Shown: piece by piece, positions 25,701 to 37,839 of the stretch
How positions within the stretch are numbered: position 1 is the stretch's first letter
Layout of the letters: each line of letters opens with the position of its first letter
NCBI GenBank assembly: GCA_013239625.1
Contig: MU054391.1
Coordinates: 1,240,001 to 1,304,000, forward strand
Direction of reading: 5' to 3'
Length of the DNA: 64,000 nucleotides
Origin: Lama guanicoe
Lineage: Eukaryota
Translations under genes and position numbers: made by a program
The notes under the pieces: model-generated
The model's database searches: none
What the model saw: the letters and a program-made list of their open reading frames with translations, nothing else
What the model was told of the DNA's origin: nothing

Positions 25701-28700
25701 GAGTAAGAACAAAAGTGGGGAGACCCCTAAAGCATGTCCGGGTGCCAGCAGCTGCTGCTCCGGGGCCACCCTGGGGTCCCTGGGGTCCGCATGGAGGGCG
25801 GCACCCTTGGCGGCAGCGGCAGGGAGGGGAGGCATCAGCACCCCGGGTCCCAGAGGGAGAGGAAGCCGCCAGGCGGCCAGGAGGGCGAGACAGTGGACAC
25901 GGTCCAGACACCCCAGACCTCGGGCGGAGGTGGGGGGGAGCCGTGTCTGGGAGCTGGGAGGAGAGGCGGCGGGAATCACCGGGCCTGACCACGGGGGTGA
26001 CTGCTTCACCCCTGAGACGCTGGGCTCAGGCGGCCCTGTCTCCCCGCCCACCGTTGTGCGCTTCTGTCCCATTTTCTAAAAGCCCTCACTCCATCTGACC
26101 ACCCAGGTCACGGTCTGTGCAAGGTGCCTGCGGTCCACAACGCTACCTGTCCTTTGGGCTGAGAGATTAGACTCCCCTTGATAAAATAATAAAAAGGACA
26201 TGCATATCGGATCCTGCACTTTGCACTGTTTTCGTGGGATTTATCCTTTTTCATACTAAAAACAAAAAATGTGGGAAATAAAAATGGTTGCCTACATTTT
26301 TAAAATAAGAACATTGAAGCTAAGGGGAGGTGGGTGATTTCCTCAGTAACATACTTTGTAACTAGTGGATCCAAATCAAATTAACCCGGGATTCCGTGAG
26401 CGCCGTGGTGCCAGCTAAATACGCTTAGAGAAGAAATCAGAATTAAACCGAGGGCGCTCGGAGCCCACGCACAGAGGGTGGGGTTAGAGCTATGGCAAAC
26501 ACTTACCCATGAATCGATTTTACCTGAAGGAATTTGTAGATCCTACTGGAAAGTTAGCGGGGCAGAAGGGCGCGGCCCCGTGACCTCAGGGTGTGTGCGA
26601 CAGTGACGGTATTTCTCACCAACCCCACCTACGTTGTCATATTTCTTCTCCTCTTTGTCATTCCATGGGGACGCGAGTCCTGTCCTGGCCAATCACCAAG
26701 CGACACACACCACTTCTGGCCTGAAACAGAAATGTCAGGACAGAAGCCTCCCTGTCCGCTGTGGCGTGACCTCAGAGGCTGTGCCCCAAGGTTCAGGGTG
26801 ACCTAGTCCCGCTGGTTCAGGCCTCTATCCTGAGCGTTACCGTCCTCGGACGTGCAGGGGGCGGCCCGGGGAGCGCACCACAGTTCTCGGCGCTCTTTCC
26901 TCCAAGAGGTGGGTCTGCTTCCCTCCCCTTGAACCCAGGCTGGGCTCGACCAGGGTAAGGGCAGCAGTGGTGTGTGTGGGCTCTGGATTCTGGGGCTTCT
27001 GCTCTCGATCTGCGGCCCTGGGTCTCCACGCCACAGAGGAGCCCAGGCCAGAGGGACAGACGAGACAGAAGAGCAGCGGGTCACCCAGTCAACACACAGG
27101 ACTGACAGCCGGACACAGTAGTGAGGCCGCGACATCTGCCCCATCTCGGGGCATCCTTGAAATGAACGTCGACTCGCCATTCAGCCCAGGAGGACCCACG
27201 AGAAATCCCAGCCACTTGAAGCCACTGAATGTACGGAGCGGTTTGTTGAACACGGTAGGAAAGCCAAAGAGCGCCCCATTTGGAAGATAAGTGACCCCAA
27301 ACGGCCCTTTAGCCTGGGAGCCTGAGTAGCTGTACAAAGCAGACCCTGTCCCCCCCGTCCACTGACCTGCAGTGGACGTGAGGGTGCGTAAGACTCACCC
27401 GCCTTTGGAAGCCACCGGCAGTGGGAGCCTGGCTCGCCCCGGACACGACACAGGACAGTGAGACAGAGGCGTTTCCCACCCAGCATCAGTGTCGGAGCTC
27501 TGAAAACCAGTTTCGTATAAAAACACTAACCAAAAGTTTGTTTCCAATTGTTTTAAGTTATTAAAAAAAAAGATGTTACTTGTTGATCCAAAACTCCTGA
27601 TTGAGTTTCCAAAGCAAAACTAAAACACAGTAAAACTTTTCTATGTAACAGAAGAACATACCTGGACACAAAATGCTTACAGCGTCATTCCACGTCCCCG
27701 GTGACTGTGGCAGCAGGGGGCAGGGCCTCCTCTGTCGTGACACCGGCACAAGATGTAACACACTCGCCAGGGACCCTCCCAGGTGACAGAGGACCCAGTG
27801 GGCTAAGCTGTGAGGGGGGCCAGGGCCAGGAAGAAAGACCAGGACTGACCAGGAAGGGAAAGGGGAGAAACAACGAGGTGTTCCAGTTCTGTTGGGAGCA
27901 GGGGAGCATCTTTATAGGAACGAAAATGGTACTTAGAAACACAAAGTATTGGATGAGATGACTGCGTATAACCCACCAGAAGCTAGAACATACAGAAGTT
28001 ACGATGCTGAAGTCTTAAAGGCCAAGGGAAAGAGCTAAAAGATTTCTCAGCTTTAGCACTGCGTGCGCCGGCTGTGCTCCCGAGATTTAACACCATTACT
28101 TGAGCGCGTGGATAACGCCGTCACACTCGCCGTCCTCACCGCCTTGGCGGGTCTGCAGTGGGCCTCAGTGCCTGGAGCTCTGAGCCACCAGGCCCTCCCC
28201 GTCCGGCGCCCCCCCAGGGCAGGGCAGAGCCCGCTGGCTTTGGTGGAGGAAGGTGCGACTTACCCAAGGTCAAGGGCCAAGTGGGGCGTCTGGATGGAGA
28301 TTAACCTTCGAGGCTCTGAAACCCACTCTGAGCACGGCCCTGTGCCTCCGTCACACCATCCTTCTGACGGGAATTCACCCCTGGATCCTGCACCTCTCAG
28401 CACCGCCGTCATCCTTCGAGGCCAGGACCACGCCGCTCCCTCAGCCTCTGCTCCGCCACCGCGTGTTTCCTGTTTCCCAGACGGTGCACTTACTTAATTT
28501 AAGATATTTCCCACTAGAGAAACGCGCATCACTACATAGTTTTTATTTATGAAGAAAGGAAATCACCCACACACCTACCACCCCAACAGCTCGTTGCGAG
28601 GGCTGCGAGCGGGATCCCACAGCAAACTCGGAGGTCAGGAGAGGTCTGGGCCGCTCCACGCGGGAGGCAGCCCGACGCAGCGCCTCGGCCGCCGGCCAGA

Positions 28701-29534
28701 GCAGCTCGGCTCTACGGGGCGGGGTCAGCGCTGAACGGTCGAGTCACGTGCCTCCTGCTCTGGACACAAGAAAGTGCGTCATTCACCTTAGGGACGTTTT
28801 CATTTAAAATTCGAAACGGTGTGTGTGTGTGTCTAAGTTTTGCTGCTCAAATTGGTAAACTTCAGTTATCTGCAAAGTTCATTTAGCTACAGCGTCTTGT
28901 TGCTCCGTGAGGCTGGACAGGTGGAGCGTCCCCGAACAGCACTAGCAGGGGACAAACAGTCAAAAATAACACGTATTTATTCGCTAATGAAGTGTCCGTT
29001 TCATCACCTTCCAGGGTTTCCATGCAGCTGACTGCAATGGTATCTAAAATAAATGCAACGCAGTGATTGTGGACTGGCCTCGGCGGGCAGGGTGGTGACG
29101 CCTGCACGGCAAGGCTGTGAGGGGCCGGGAGGCAAACACGCTGCAGGACGTCAGGCTGGATTTGCCACCTTATTAATGATCTGGAAGGAAGCGCAAAGAC
29201 GCAGTTAATGGAAAGCAGATTTCAAGATCACCCCAGACGCCGAATATCAGTGATGGACACCCACACGTGCAGAGGGTCCCCAGAGTCCCCAAGCGCATTC
29301 CGCCCTTACCTGTACCTCACTTCTGTGACAGAGAGAGACACAGGTGTCCCTGCGCCCCAGAAAGAGCCCCGGGCACAGGACTGCAGACACCTGCCAGACC
29401 TGGATCTCTGACCCTTAACCAGGGACCCCTCCCGCTCCACAGAGAGAACACCGCGGCAGTGAGCGCCTCGGAGCCCCGGCGGGGGGTGAGGCGGGGACCA
29501 CGACTCCTGCGGCGGGTGGGCACCACCCCAAGTA

Positions 29535-29650
29535 GCTTTACAAACGGGATTCGTTCCACATCTCACAACAGTGCTATGAATGGGTGTCACTACCTTGTTT
29601 TTAAGATGGAAAGAGGGGCTTAGAGAAGTTAAACAAGTTTTTCAAGTGAA
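29535..29650 (-). mobile_element. MIR SINE fragment
   Basis: TCTCACAACAGTGCTATGA...TTTTTAAGATGGAAAGAGGGGCTTAGAGAAGTTAA. Confidence 0.45.
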
Positions 29651-31694
29651 GAGCAAACGTGATGCGGTGTAACTAACTACTAACTCAGTGAAAGCCTCTT
29701 GTTCTTCCTCGGGGGCTGGGCGGGCACGCTCTACGCCCGCCCTGGGCTGCAGGGAGCAAGGAGAGCTGTCGGGTCGCCTCCGTCACAGGGCAGGGCCCCA
29801 CACAGGCACGGGGAGTGCAGAGTCGGGAGACCGCGCTCAGGAGGACGGACGGTGGCTGGCTCAGTGCGCTGAGAGCCCCTGGCCACGGCTTCAGCCAAGG
29901 CTACGCGGGGCTGAGTGCAGAGCGTCCAGCCGGGCAGGCGCTGGAACCGTTTCGGTGGCTGAGCGAACCGTTCAGTCTGATCCTCAGAGACTCATAACCG
30001 TCCCCTCGGACTGAGCCCTCGGCTTGTGCTACAGTCATGTGTTCATCAGCCTGTGGGAGAGAGCCTGTAATTCTAATTACATTATCAGAGAGACTCTGAC
30101 CCCGTCCTGACCACGGGGGGGAAGCCCAGAGAACAGGTATTAACTCCATTCCACAGCCAAAGCAACTGAGACCCATTAAGCTGTGACGACCTCCCCAGGA
30201 TCACACAGCTGTTAAGGGGGAAGGTCCAGCTTCCAACACAGACACGTCAGACGCGGAAATCAGTGTGGTTTCCATGAGCTTCAGGCCCACACGGGGTCCA
30301 CCTGGGGCAGGTGATGAAGCAAGGGGAAGAAAGCAGAGTCCGGGGCCTGCCCTGGGCAGGGGAGTCCGGGCAGCGCAGGACGGAGGAGAAACTGTCCCGA
30401 CACCTTGCCCGCCACGCCTAGTGGAGTCACGTCTCCCCGCGGGCCAGGCTTGTCCTGCAGGGACGTGACGCCGCATCCTGCATCACTGCTGGGTCCTCTG
30501 CCTGAGACCCGCGGCCTTGCTTTTCTGGGACACGACGCTCTGTCCTGCTCAGCATCTGCTACCCTGAGGGGAGCTGAGACTGCGCTTTGTGGGCAAGTCC
30601 CATTGTCTGCCTGACGACGTGCCGACTGTGGACGCCCAGCAGCCCCACGCTCAGCGTCCCGTGGCCTTTCCACGCTAGGCTAGGCTCTTAATGATGCACA
30701 TAGAGGAAAAGCAGGGACCAGCACTTAGAGGAGGTCAGAGGCCACAGAAGGGAGTGTGTCTGTGTTACCCGCACCGCAGAGGACTCACCAAGCCCCTGGA
30801 CGCAGAACAACTGCTCCCTGTTGGGGGAGAGGGTCGCCCGGCGCTGGTGGTGACGTGCAAACATGCAGAAGGTGTCCGCACCAGCAACCAGCATGCGCCC
30901 GAGGAGCTCCTGCCACCGCAGGCCGCACGCTGGACCCTCCTGCATCGCGTAGGGGGACACCTTGTGACACCCATCCATCGCAGCACCAGTTACCGCCAAG
31001 TGGCTGCTGCTGTCCGCAGGTCGCCGCGGTCTGGTGGTGAGGACACACAGAGTCCACACCCAGTGACCTCAGCTGTCCAGGACACAGCTGAGACCCAAAA
31101 TGTGAGGAAGGGGGACTCAGCACTGAGGAGGGGAGCAAGCTACGCAGCCTGTCCGTGGGGAGGTGCCTGGGACGGCCCTGAACTCCCGCTGACTCGTGGT
31201 TTCCGAGCAGCTGTCACACACTGCGCACCTGGTCCCCACGTAGACTGTACAAGACAACACACAACAGTGGACAGACAGACAGACTGACATCAGCAAGACA
31301 AAGACCTGGCAGTGGAAAAAAAATGGGGCTGGAATGGCGGGGCGGGGACTCACCTGGATCCCGACGGTTTGGGAACAAGTTCTGAACAAGCGAATGCCCA
31401 GGGACCATCACAGATTCTCCCGACGACTAAGGCTCCCAGCGACGGCCTCGGGCGGCAAAGCCGCTGAGCCCTGAGTCACGCGCGCCATCGGAGGCGCCGG
31501 GAAGGGGTGCCCACGCTTAGAAGTCACTTAGAACGGCTAAAGCAGTAAACAGGGAGGAACGGGCCACGCAGGCGGAGGAGCCGGGACCTGCATGGTCTGG
31601 GGTGCACGACGTTCGACCTCTGTCCCCCTCTTATTTGAGAACTTCCCCTAGGCCTCGTGGTCCTGAGAAGAACCCAGGCTCCACCAGACAATAG

Positions 31695-31860
31695 GTTCGT
31701 GACTGTGGGCAAGGCTGGGCTTTTCTGAGCCTCAGTTTCCTTATTTGTAAAAAAAACAAAAACAAGAAAAAAACAGAAGCCGTCTTCCTTTGTCTGCTCA
31801 GTCCTAAGTTTGTTGGTGAATCAGGTGTATTTCATGTCGTATAAAGTGCTTTGCAAGGTA
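31695..31860 (+). mobile_element. MIR SINE
   Basis: TGGGCAAG...TCTGAGCCTCAGTTTCCTTATTTGTAAAA (MIR core) ... TATAAAGTGCTTTG. Confidence 0.6.
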
Positions 31861-33274
31861 ACGGCTTTTACAGTCCTACACATAAACGCAGCTAAACCCC
31901 TCTCAGGCAGAGGACAACAGCAACGTCACCTCAGTGCTGGGGGAGGAACGCGCTGACCCCGCGGAGTCTCCCCACCCCCGCCTCCCACCAGGATTCTATT
32001 AAGCGCGTGCATAATTAACCTGGTCTGTCGCCAGCCGTTCCCCCGTGAAATACAGAGGCATTATCATGATATATGGTGAGATTCTGCTGATTTGAGGTTA
32101 CAAAGCACATAATTAGCTTATGTCACTCTGCGCCGTTACCTGAGAGTAAGTGGTGACATTCATCCCGTGGACAGCAAGACACCACAGAGATGCCGGGAAA
32201 GCCAGCCCCTTCCTTCATCACAGGGACAATAAGAAGCTAATTGCAAGACTCCATTTAATTCAGATCGTTTGGCAAATAAATTTTTTATGAAATAAAACCA
32301 CGTGTCCTTACAGACCATCCCTTAGCCTGAGTTTCTAGACGGATGAAACAGATCCTGAGGGGCTAAGTCACATGCCCAAGTCAGGTTGTAAGAGAAACCA
32401 CACTACATGGACGGGAGACACAAGGACTGGAGAGGGGCCATGACTGGGACCCGCCGCACACGTGTGCACACACGTGGCATGAGTGCCGGGCACCGTCCTG
32501 GGCGCCGCTCACACACGACCTCACATGATTCTCGAGAGGCGCCTCCAGGCATGGCTGCGTCCTCTCCCTTCGTGGATGTGTGAAGCCGTGTCCCTGCGCC
32601 AGGGCCACACAGCAGTTGCGTCTAGGGACCCCGCCAGGGGCCTTTCCCAACACCTGCAGAGCAGAGTGGGCTGTGAGCGGCCCGCTCTGCAGCCAGGATG
32701 TCTTCTCTGCAAGAGCCCCGGTACGGCTCCCACCTTGGCCACCACCTCCGCCCCTCCGGACCCAGGAGAGGGCCGGGCTCACTGCGGGCCGGTCTCTTTC
32801 CCAGGTCCTCCTGGAGTGCTGGCCGGCTCTGCGCGACGCGAACCTGCGGAGAGCCCACCCCCTCCTCTGAAAGCCCAGAACAGCTCCAGTCCACACGCCC
32901 AGGACGGCACAGCCACCGCGCGCCCACGCGTCCACGCGGGCCTCGCAGTAACCCCGTCCGGACGGCGCCACCACGTCCGTCTTCCCCACCCTCTGCCCCA
33001 CCCCCCAAGCACGAGGGCTCGGCGTCCCCGGGGCCAGCTCGCCGGGCCCAGCAAGCCCACAGCGTGCAGGGCAGCGGCTTGGCTGGACAGCAGGTTGCCG
33101 CTCCAGGGCTTTCTAAGCACACGCGGCGCGTCATTACCGGATCGCGGTCCGCAGTCCGCCCCGAGGGAGAAGCGGGTCTCTAGGTTTTGAAAGGCAGCCC
33201 CCCTGGAGGCACAAGTTCAAAGCCTCATGGTCACTGCAGAGTCACACAGAAGGGCAAGGCCTGGCGCTGGCTTG

Positions 33275-33597
33275 GTTTTCCTTTCCAGTCGCATTGAGCT
33301 GCCGCTGACGGGCGGCTCCGCTGAAGGTTAAGGTGGCCAGCACTGTGATTGGACTCACGTCGTGGAATGAGGGCCACGGTAAGTTGAGCGAACGCTCAGC
33401 ATCTCACGCAGACACAGCAGCGAAGAAGTAGGAAAAACATGCTTTCCCTTGATGAGAACTTTTAGGATTTACTCCTAACAACTGCCGCACACACCGCACG
33501 GCAGTGGTGAGCCTACGTGTGGCGTTGCACGCTGCGTCCCCAGTGCTTGTTTATCTTACAGCTGCAAGTTTGTACCTCTTGACCACTTCATCCAATT
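33275..33597 (-). mobile_element. LINE-1 3' UTR fragment (L1MA9-like/laurasiatherian)
   Basis: TGATGAGAACTTTTAGGATTTACTC...TCCCCAGTGCTTGTTTATCTTACAGCTGCAAGTTTGTACCT matches a recalled L1 3' UTR in antisense. Confidence 0.65.
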
Positions 33598-33921
33598 ATT
33601 GGCTATCTTCCCCACACTGTGTATGTCATCCCTGTGACTCGTTTATTTTGTAACTGGAAGTTCGTACCTTAACCTCCCTCACCTGTTTCACCCATCCCCC
33701 ACCTCCCTCCCCTCTGGCAACCACCTGTCTGGGTCTCTGGCTCTGTTTCTGTTTAGTTGCTTGTTTATTTGTTTTGTTTTTTAGATTCCACACATACGTG
33801 AAATCATATGGTATTTGTCTTTCTCTGTCGGACTTAATTCACTAAGTATAATACCCTTTAGGTCCATCCGTTTGTCACAAAGGCTAAGGTTTCAAAATTT
33901 TTATGGCCGAGTAATAGCCAT

Positions 33922-33952
<31 letters not shown>

Positions 33953-35420
33953 TTCTATCTCACATCTTCTGTGTGCACTGATTGGTGGACACTTAGGCTG
34001 CTTCCATATCTCGGCTACTGTAAATAATGCTGCTAGGAACACTGGAGGGCATGTATCTCTTCTAACTAGTTTTATTTTCTTTGGATAAATACCCAGAAAT
34101 AGAATTTCTGGATTGTATGAAGTTCTATTTCTAATTTTTTGAGGAATCCCCACATTGTCTCCCACAGTGGCTGCGCCAGGCTACACTCCCGCCAACACTG
34201 TAGGACGGCTCCCTTCCCCTCACAGCCTCACGGCACCTGTTGTGTGTTGCATTTTGATGGCAGCCATGCTGACAGGTGTAGGTGGTACCTCATCGTGGCT
34301 TTGTTTACATTTCCCTGATGACCAGTGATGCTGAGTGTCTTTTCATGCACCTTTGGCCATCTGTGTGTCTTCTGTGAAGAAATGTCTGTTCAGATTCTCT
34401 GCCCATCTTTTAATTGCATTCTTTGTATTTTTGGTGTTGAGTTGAACGAATTCTTTGTACATTTTGGATATTCACCCCTTATCACATAGATTGTTTGCAA
34501 ATATCTTCTCCCATTCAGTAGGCTGCCTTTTTGTTTTGTTGACAGTTTCCTTCACTGTGCAAAAGCTATCTGGTTTGATTAGATCCCATTTGTTTATCTT
34601 TGCTTTTGTTTCCCTTGCCTGAGGAGATGTACCCCCAAAAATACTGCTAAGACTGATGTCAAAATCGTACTGCGTATGTCTTCTTCCAGAATTGTTATGG
34701 TTTCAGGTCTTACATTGAAGTCTTTGATCTACTTTGAGTTTATTTTTGTGCATGGTATGAGTTCTTTTGCATGGAGCTGTCCAGTTTTCCCAACACCATT
34801 TTTTGAAGAGCCTGTCTTTTCCCCACTGTATATTCTTTCCTCCTTTTCTGTAGATTAGTTGGTGATAGGCATGTGGATTCATTCCTGGGCTCTCTACTCT
34901 GTCTCTTTGATCTGTGTGTCTGCTTTTGTGCCAGTACCATCCTGTTTTGATTACTGTAGCTTTGTAGTTTAGTTGTAAGTCTGTGAGACTTCCAGTTTTG
35001 CTCTTTATCAAGATTGCTTTTGCAATTTGGGGGCTTTTGTGTTTCCGTACAAATTTTAGGATTATTTGTTTAATTTCTGTGAAAAATCTCATTGACATTT
35101 TGATAGGGAGCCTAACGAACATGTAGATTGCCTTGAGCAGTATGGACCTTTTAACCATATTACTCCTTCCAATCCATGAACATGGTATATCTTTCCATCT
35201 GTTTGTGCTGGCTCCAATTTCTTTCATCGGTGTCATAGTTACCAAAGGTCTTACTCCTTAAGTAGGTTTATTCCTAGGTATTTTATTCTTTTTGATGTGA
35301 TTGTAAATGGGATTGTTTCTTTAATTTCTCTTTCTGATAGTTCATTGCTAGTGTATAGAAATGAAACAGATTACTATATACTAATTTTGAATCCTGCAAC
35401 TTTACTAAATTCACTGATGA
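33598..35420 (-). mobile_element. LINE-1 3' UTR plus C-terminal part of ORF2 (frameshifted, inactive)
   Basis: ORFs 34703-35245(-) ([13 protein letters not shown]...[13 protein letters not shown]...[17 protein letters not shown]) and 33884-34165(-) (LGIYPK...AALFTVAEIWKQPKCP) are clear L1 ORF2 C-terminal sequence. Confidence 0.93.
33925..33952. repeat. (GT)14 microsatellite inside L1
   Basis: Directly visible. Confidence 0.95.
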
Positions 35421-35422
35421 TC

Positions 35423-35945
35423 TGGTGGGCAGGGCTGGGTCCTGGCATGGCTGGCAATGCCCAGGGTGTCCTAGCTGATGACAGCCCCATGGGGAGTGAG
35501 TCTAGATCCTGGGGCAGCTGGCTGAAAGGCCCAAGGTGTCCCAGAGCTGGTGTCAACTGCTCTTGGTCAGGGCCGGGTCCAGGGTGACTCAGGGTGTTGC
35601 TGGCCTGCTGGTGGGTGGGCCAGGTCTTGACATGGTTGGCTGGCGGCCGTGGTCATCCTGGGGCTGGTGTCAGCCTACTACTGAGTGAGGCTGGGTTTGG
35701 GGGCTAGTGATGGCCCACTGATGGGCAGAGCCAGGTCCTGGGGTCTCTGGCTGCAGGGCCCCAAGTCCTGGTGTTGGTGTCAGTCCTCTGGTGGACAGGT
35801 CCAGAGCCTGTCACAGCTGGCTACAGGTCCTGCATGGTCCAGGGCTGATGCCTCTCACAGGCAGACAGGGCCGTGGCTCGTCAGGTCTCAGGGCTGGTGC
35901 CAGCCCCCTCGTGGATGGAGCTGGGTCATGGGTTCTCTAGCTGTG
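35423..35945 (-). mobile_element. GC-rich, internally repetitive L1 5'-region segment
   Basis: Repeating GGGCTGGTGYCAGCC...GGTGGG...CCAGGTCCTGGGGTCTCTGGCTGCAGGGCCC units resemble laurasiatherian L1 5' regions; abuts ORF2 directly. Confidence 0.5.
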
Positions 35946-36560
35946 ATGATGGTGGACATATAAAATCATACAGTCTGTGGAAAAGAGTATGAAAATACAT
36001 CAAAAAATTAAAAACAGAATTATTGGGATCCAGCCATTTCACTTCTGAATATGCATCTGAAAACCAAAAACAAGCTTTTGAATAGATATTTGCACACCCA
36101 TGTATGTAGCAGCATTATTCGCAAGAGCCAAGATGTGGAAGCAACCCAAGTGTCCATGGTGGATGAAGCGGCAAATGTGGTTTGTCCGTACAATGGAGTA
36201 CGATTCAGCCGCAAAAGGAAATCGAATCCTGACACACGCTCTGGCCTGAGCAAACCTCGAGGACGTTATGCCAAGTGGAATAAGTCAGTCACAGAAAGCC
36301 AACAGCAGTATGGCCTCCTCCCGTGACGCACTCAGGAGAGTCAGGTCTGTGAAACGCTGGCGTAGACGAGTGGTTGCCCAGGGCTGGGAGGGAGCGGGGA
36401 GACGTTGCTTGGTGGGGCCAGAGTTCAGTGCTGCAGATGTGAAGGCTCTGGGGACCATGTGCACAGCATCCCTGTATCTAACGGGGCTCAGCTGTGTGCT
36501 CGGAAATGCTTAAGGCGGTAAGCTGTGTGTTTGTGTATTTTCCTGCAAGTTAAGAAAGAG
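35946..36560 (+). mobile_element. LINE-1 3' end (L1MB-like)
   Basis: GCAGCATTATTC...GGAAGCAACCCAAGTGTCCA...AATAAGTCAGTCACA...GTGGTTGCCCAGGGCTGGG; ORF2 end plus L1MB-type 3' UTR. Confidence 0.8.
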
Positions 36561-37525
36561 ACCCTCACACGTAAGGCTGGGGAGACAATTCCCTGCTAAG
36601 CTGTCGTTTCAGGAAATTCCTACCACATAATACTTGCTGAAGAAATGGTCGCGTTGTGGTTCGCAATAATCAGAGAGCCAGTCCGCTGGGCCGGGCCCTG
36701 TAGGGGTTAAAGGAACGGGTGCAGCCTGAGTGCTACGGACCCGACCCGGAGGAGGCTGCCAGGAGGCAGTCCGCCCTGATTTGGGAGGTGGGTACCCGGG
36801 AGGTTCCTGGCTGGAGAGAGAAACCCACAGCTGAAATGGGCAGCCTAGAGATAACCCATCACTGGGCTTTTTTTTTATTTTTTGAATATTCTGGCCCAAC
36901 AATTGTGGAGAGCAGAGAATTTGTGCAGACATCTGATCTGCAGGGGCACAGGGAGCAGGGGGACCTGAGGGATAGTGATCGGGAGAAGCTTAGAGAAAGC
37001 AGAGACCAAGACGATGGGTTCTCCTCTGCGAGGGCATTTAAAGCCCCGTGGCCCTAAAGGCACAGAGAACCGTTCATCCCTGTACGTGAAGCCCATTTTT
37101 AGAAATAAAACAGCGAAATAGCAGACCCCCGGTCAACAGGTAGGACAGAATTTTGCCGCAGTGGACAGTTAGCGCCGGAGGCCCATGAGAAGAGCTTCCA
37201 GGGGAGTCACGAGAGTCCTAGAGAAACAGAATTTGAGCCCTGAGGGAGAGGCGTGCAGTCAGAACCAGCTCGGACCTCACACCTCTTTGTGCTTCTGGCT
37301 GGGGGGGTCGCTACCCCCTTGCTGTGGCACCAGCACTAGACGAGGCAGAAGACATTGGGGGGAACTGGGCTTGTCACAGAGCAACATGTCACTGCCTCTG
37401 TCTTTGCACCTGTGCGGCAGTGACAGACAGAGAGAGAGAGAGTGGGGACAGGCGCTCAGTCTGGGCACCTGGGCCTGGCTTTCCCCAGCGCGGCGCAGGA
37501 GGCCCCTGGCCCCGAAGGTCCCTTT

Positions 37526-37655
37526 TTTCTTTTGTTAACTATTCTCATTTTTACTTATTTTTCATTCATTTATTTTAGTGGCGGCACTGGGGACTGAACC
37601 CAGGACCCCATGCATGCTGAGCACGCGCTCTACATCTGAGCCCCACCCCCCCACC
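37526..37655 (-). mobile_element. Camelid tRNA-derived SINE (vic-1 type)
   Basis: Reverse complement reads GGGGTGGGGCTCAGATGTAGAGCGCGTGCTCAGCATGCATGGGGTCCTGGGTTCAGTCCCCAGT plus an A-rich tail, with pol III A/B-box-like motifs; candidate TSD GGTCCCTTT at 37517-37525 and 37665-37673. Confidence 0.85.
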
Positions 37656-37839
37656 CCCGCCACTGGTCCCTTTCCATCAGGAAGAGGGAGTTGTCAGGTG
37701 GACTCAAACGACAATGATCTGAACCAGAACCAAGACTGGCAGTGGGCCGGGTCCCCAGGCCGAGAGACCTTGGCACCAAAACACTCAATGTATCCCCGAG
37801 AAGGGCTTTGTGCCTGAGGGAATTTATTCCTGTTCTTTT

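Noticed and set aside
27393-27510. Possible ~100-nt minus-strand exon (TTTTCAG...GG|GTGAGT)
   Set aside because: Short pyrimidine tract and translations not recognisable; such site pairs are common by chance
34703-35245. 180-aa ORF with real protein homology
   Set aside because: Fragment of a frameshifted LINE-1 ORF2, not a host gene
37575-37650. tRNA gene
   Set aside because: tRNA-like head is degenerate and followed by an A-rich tail with TSDs, so it is a SINE
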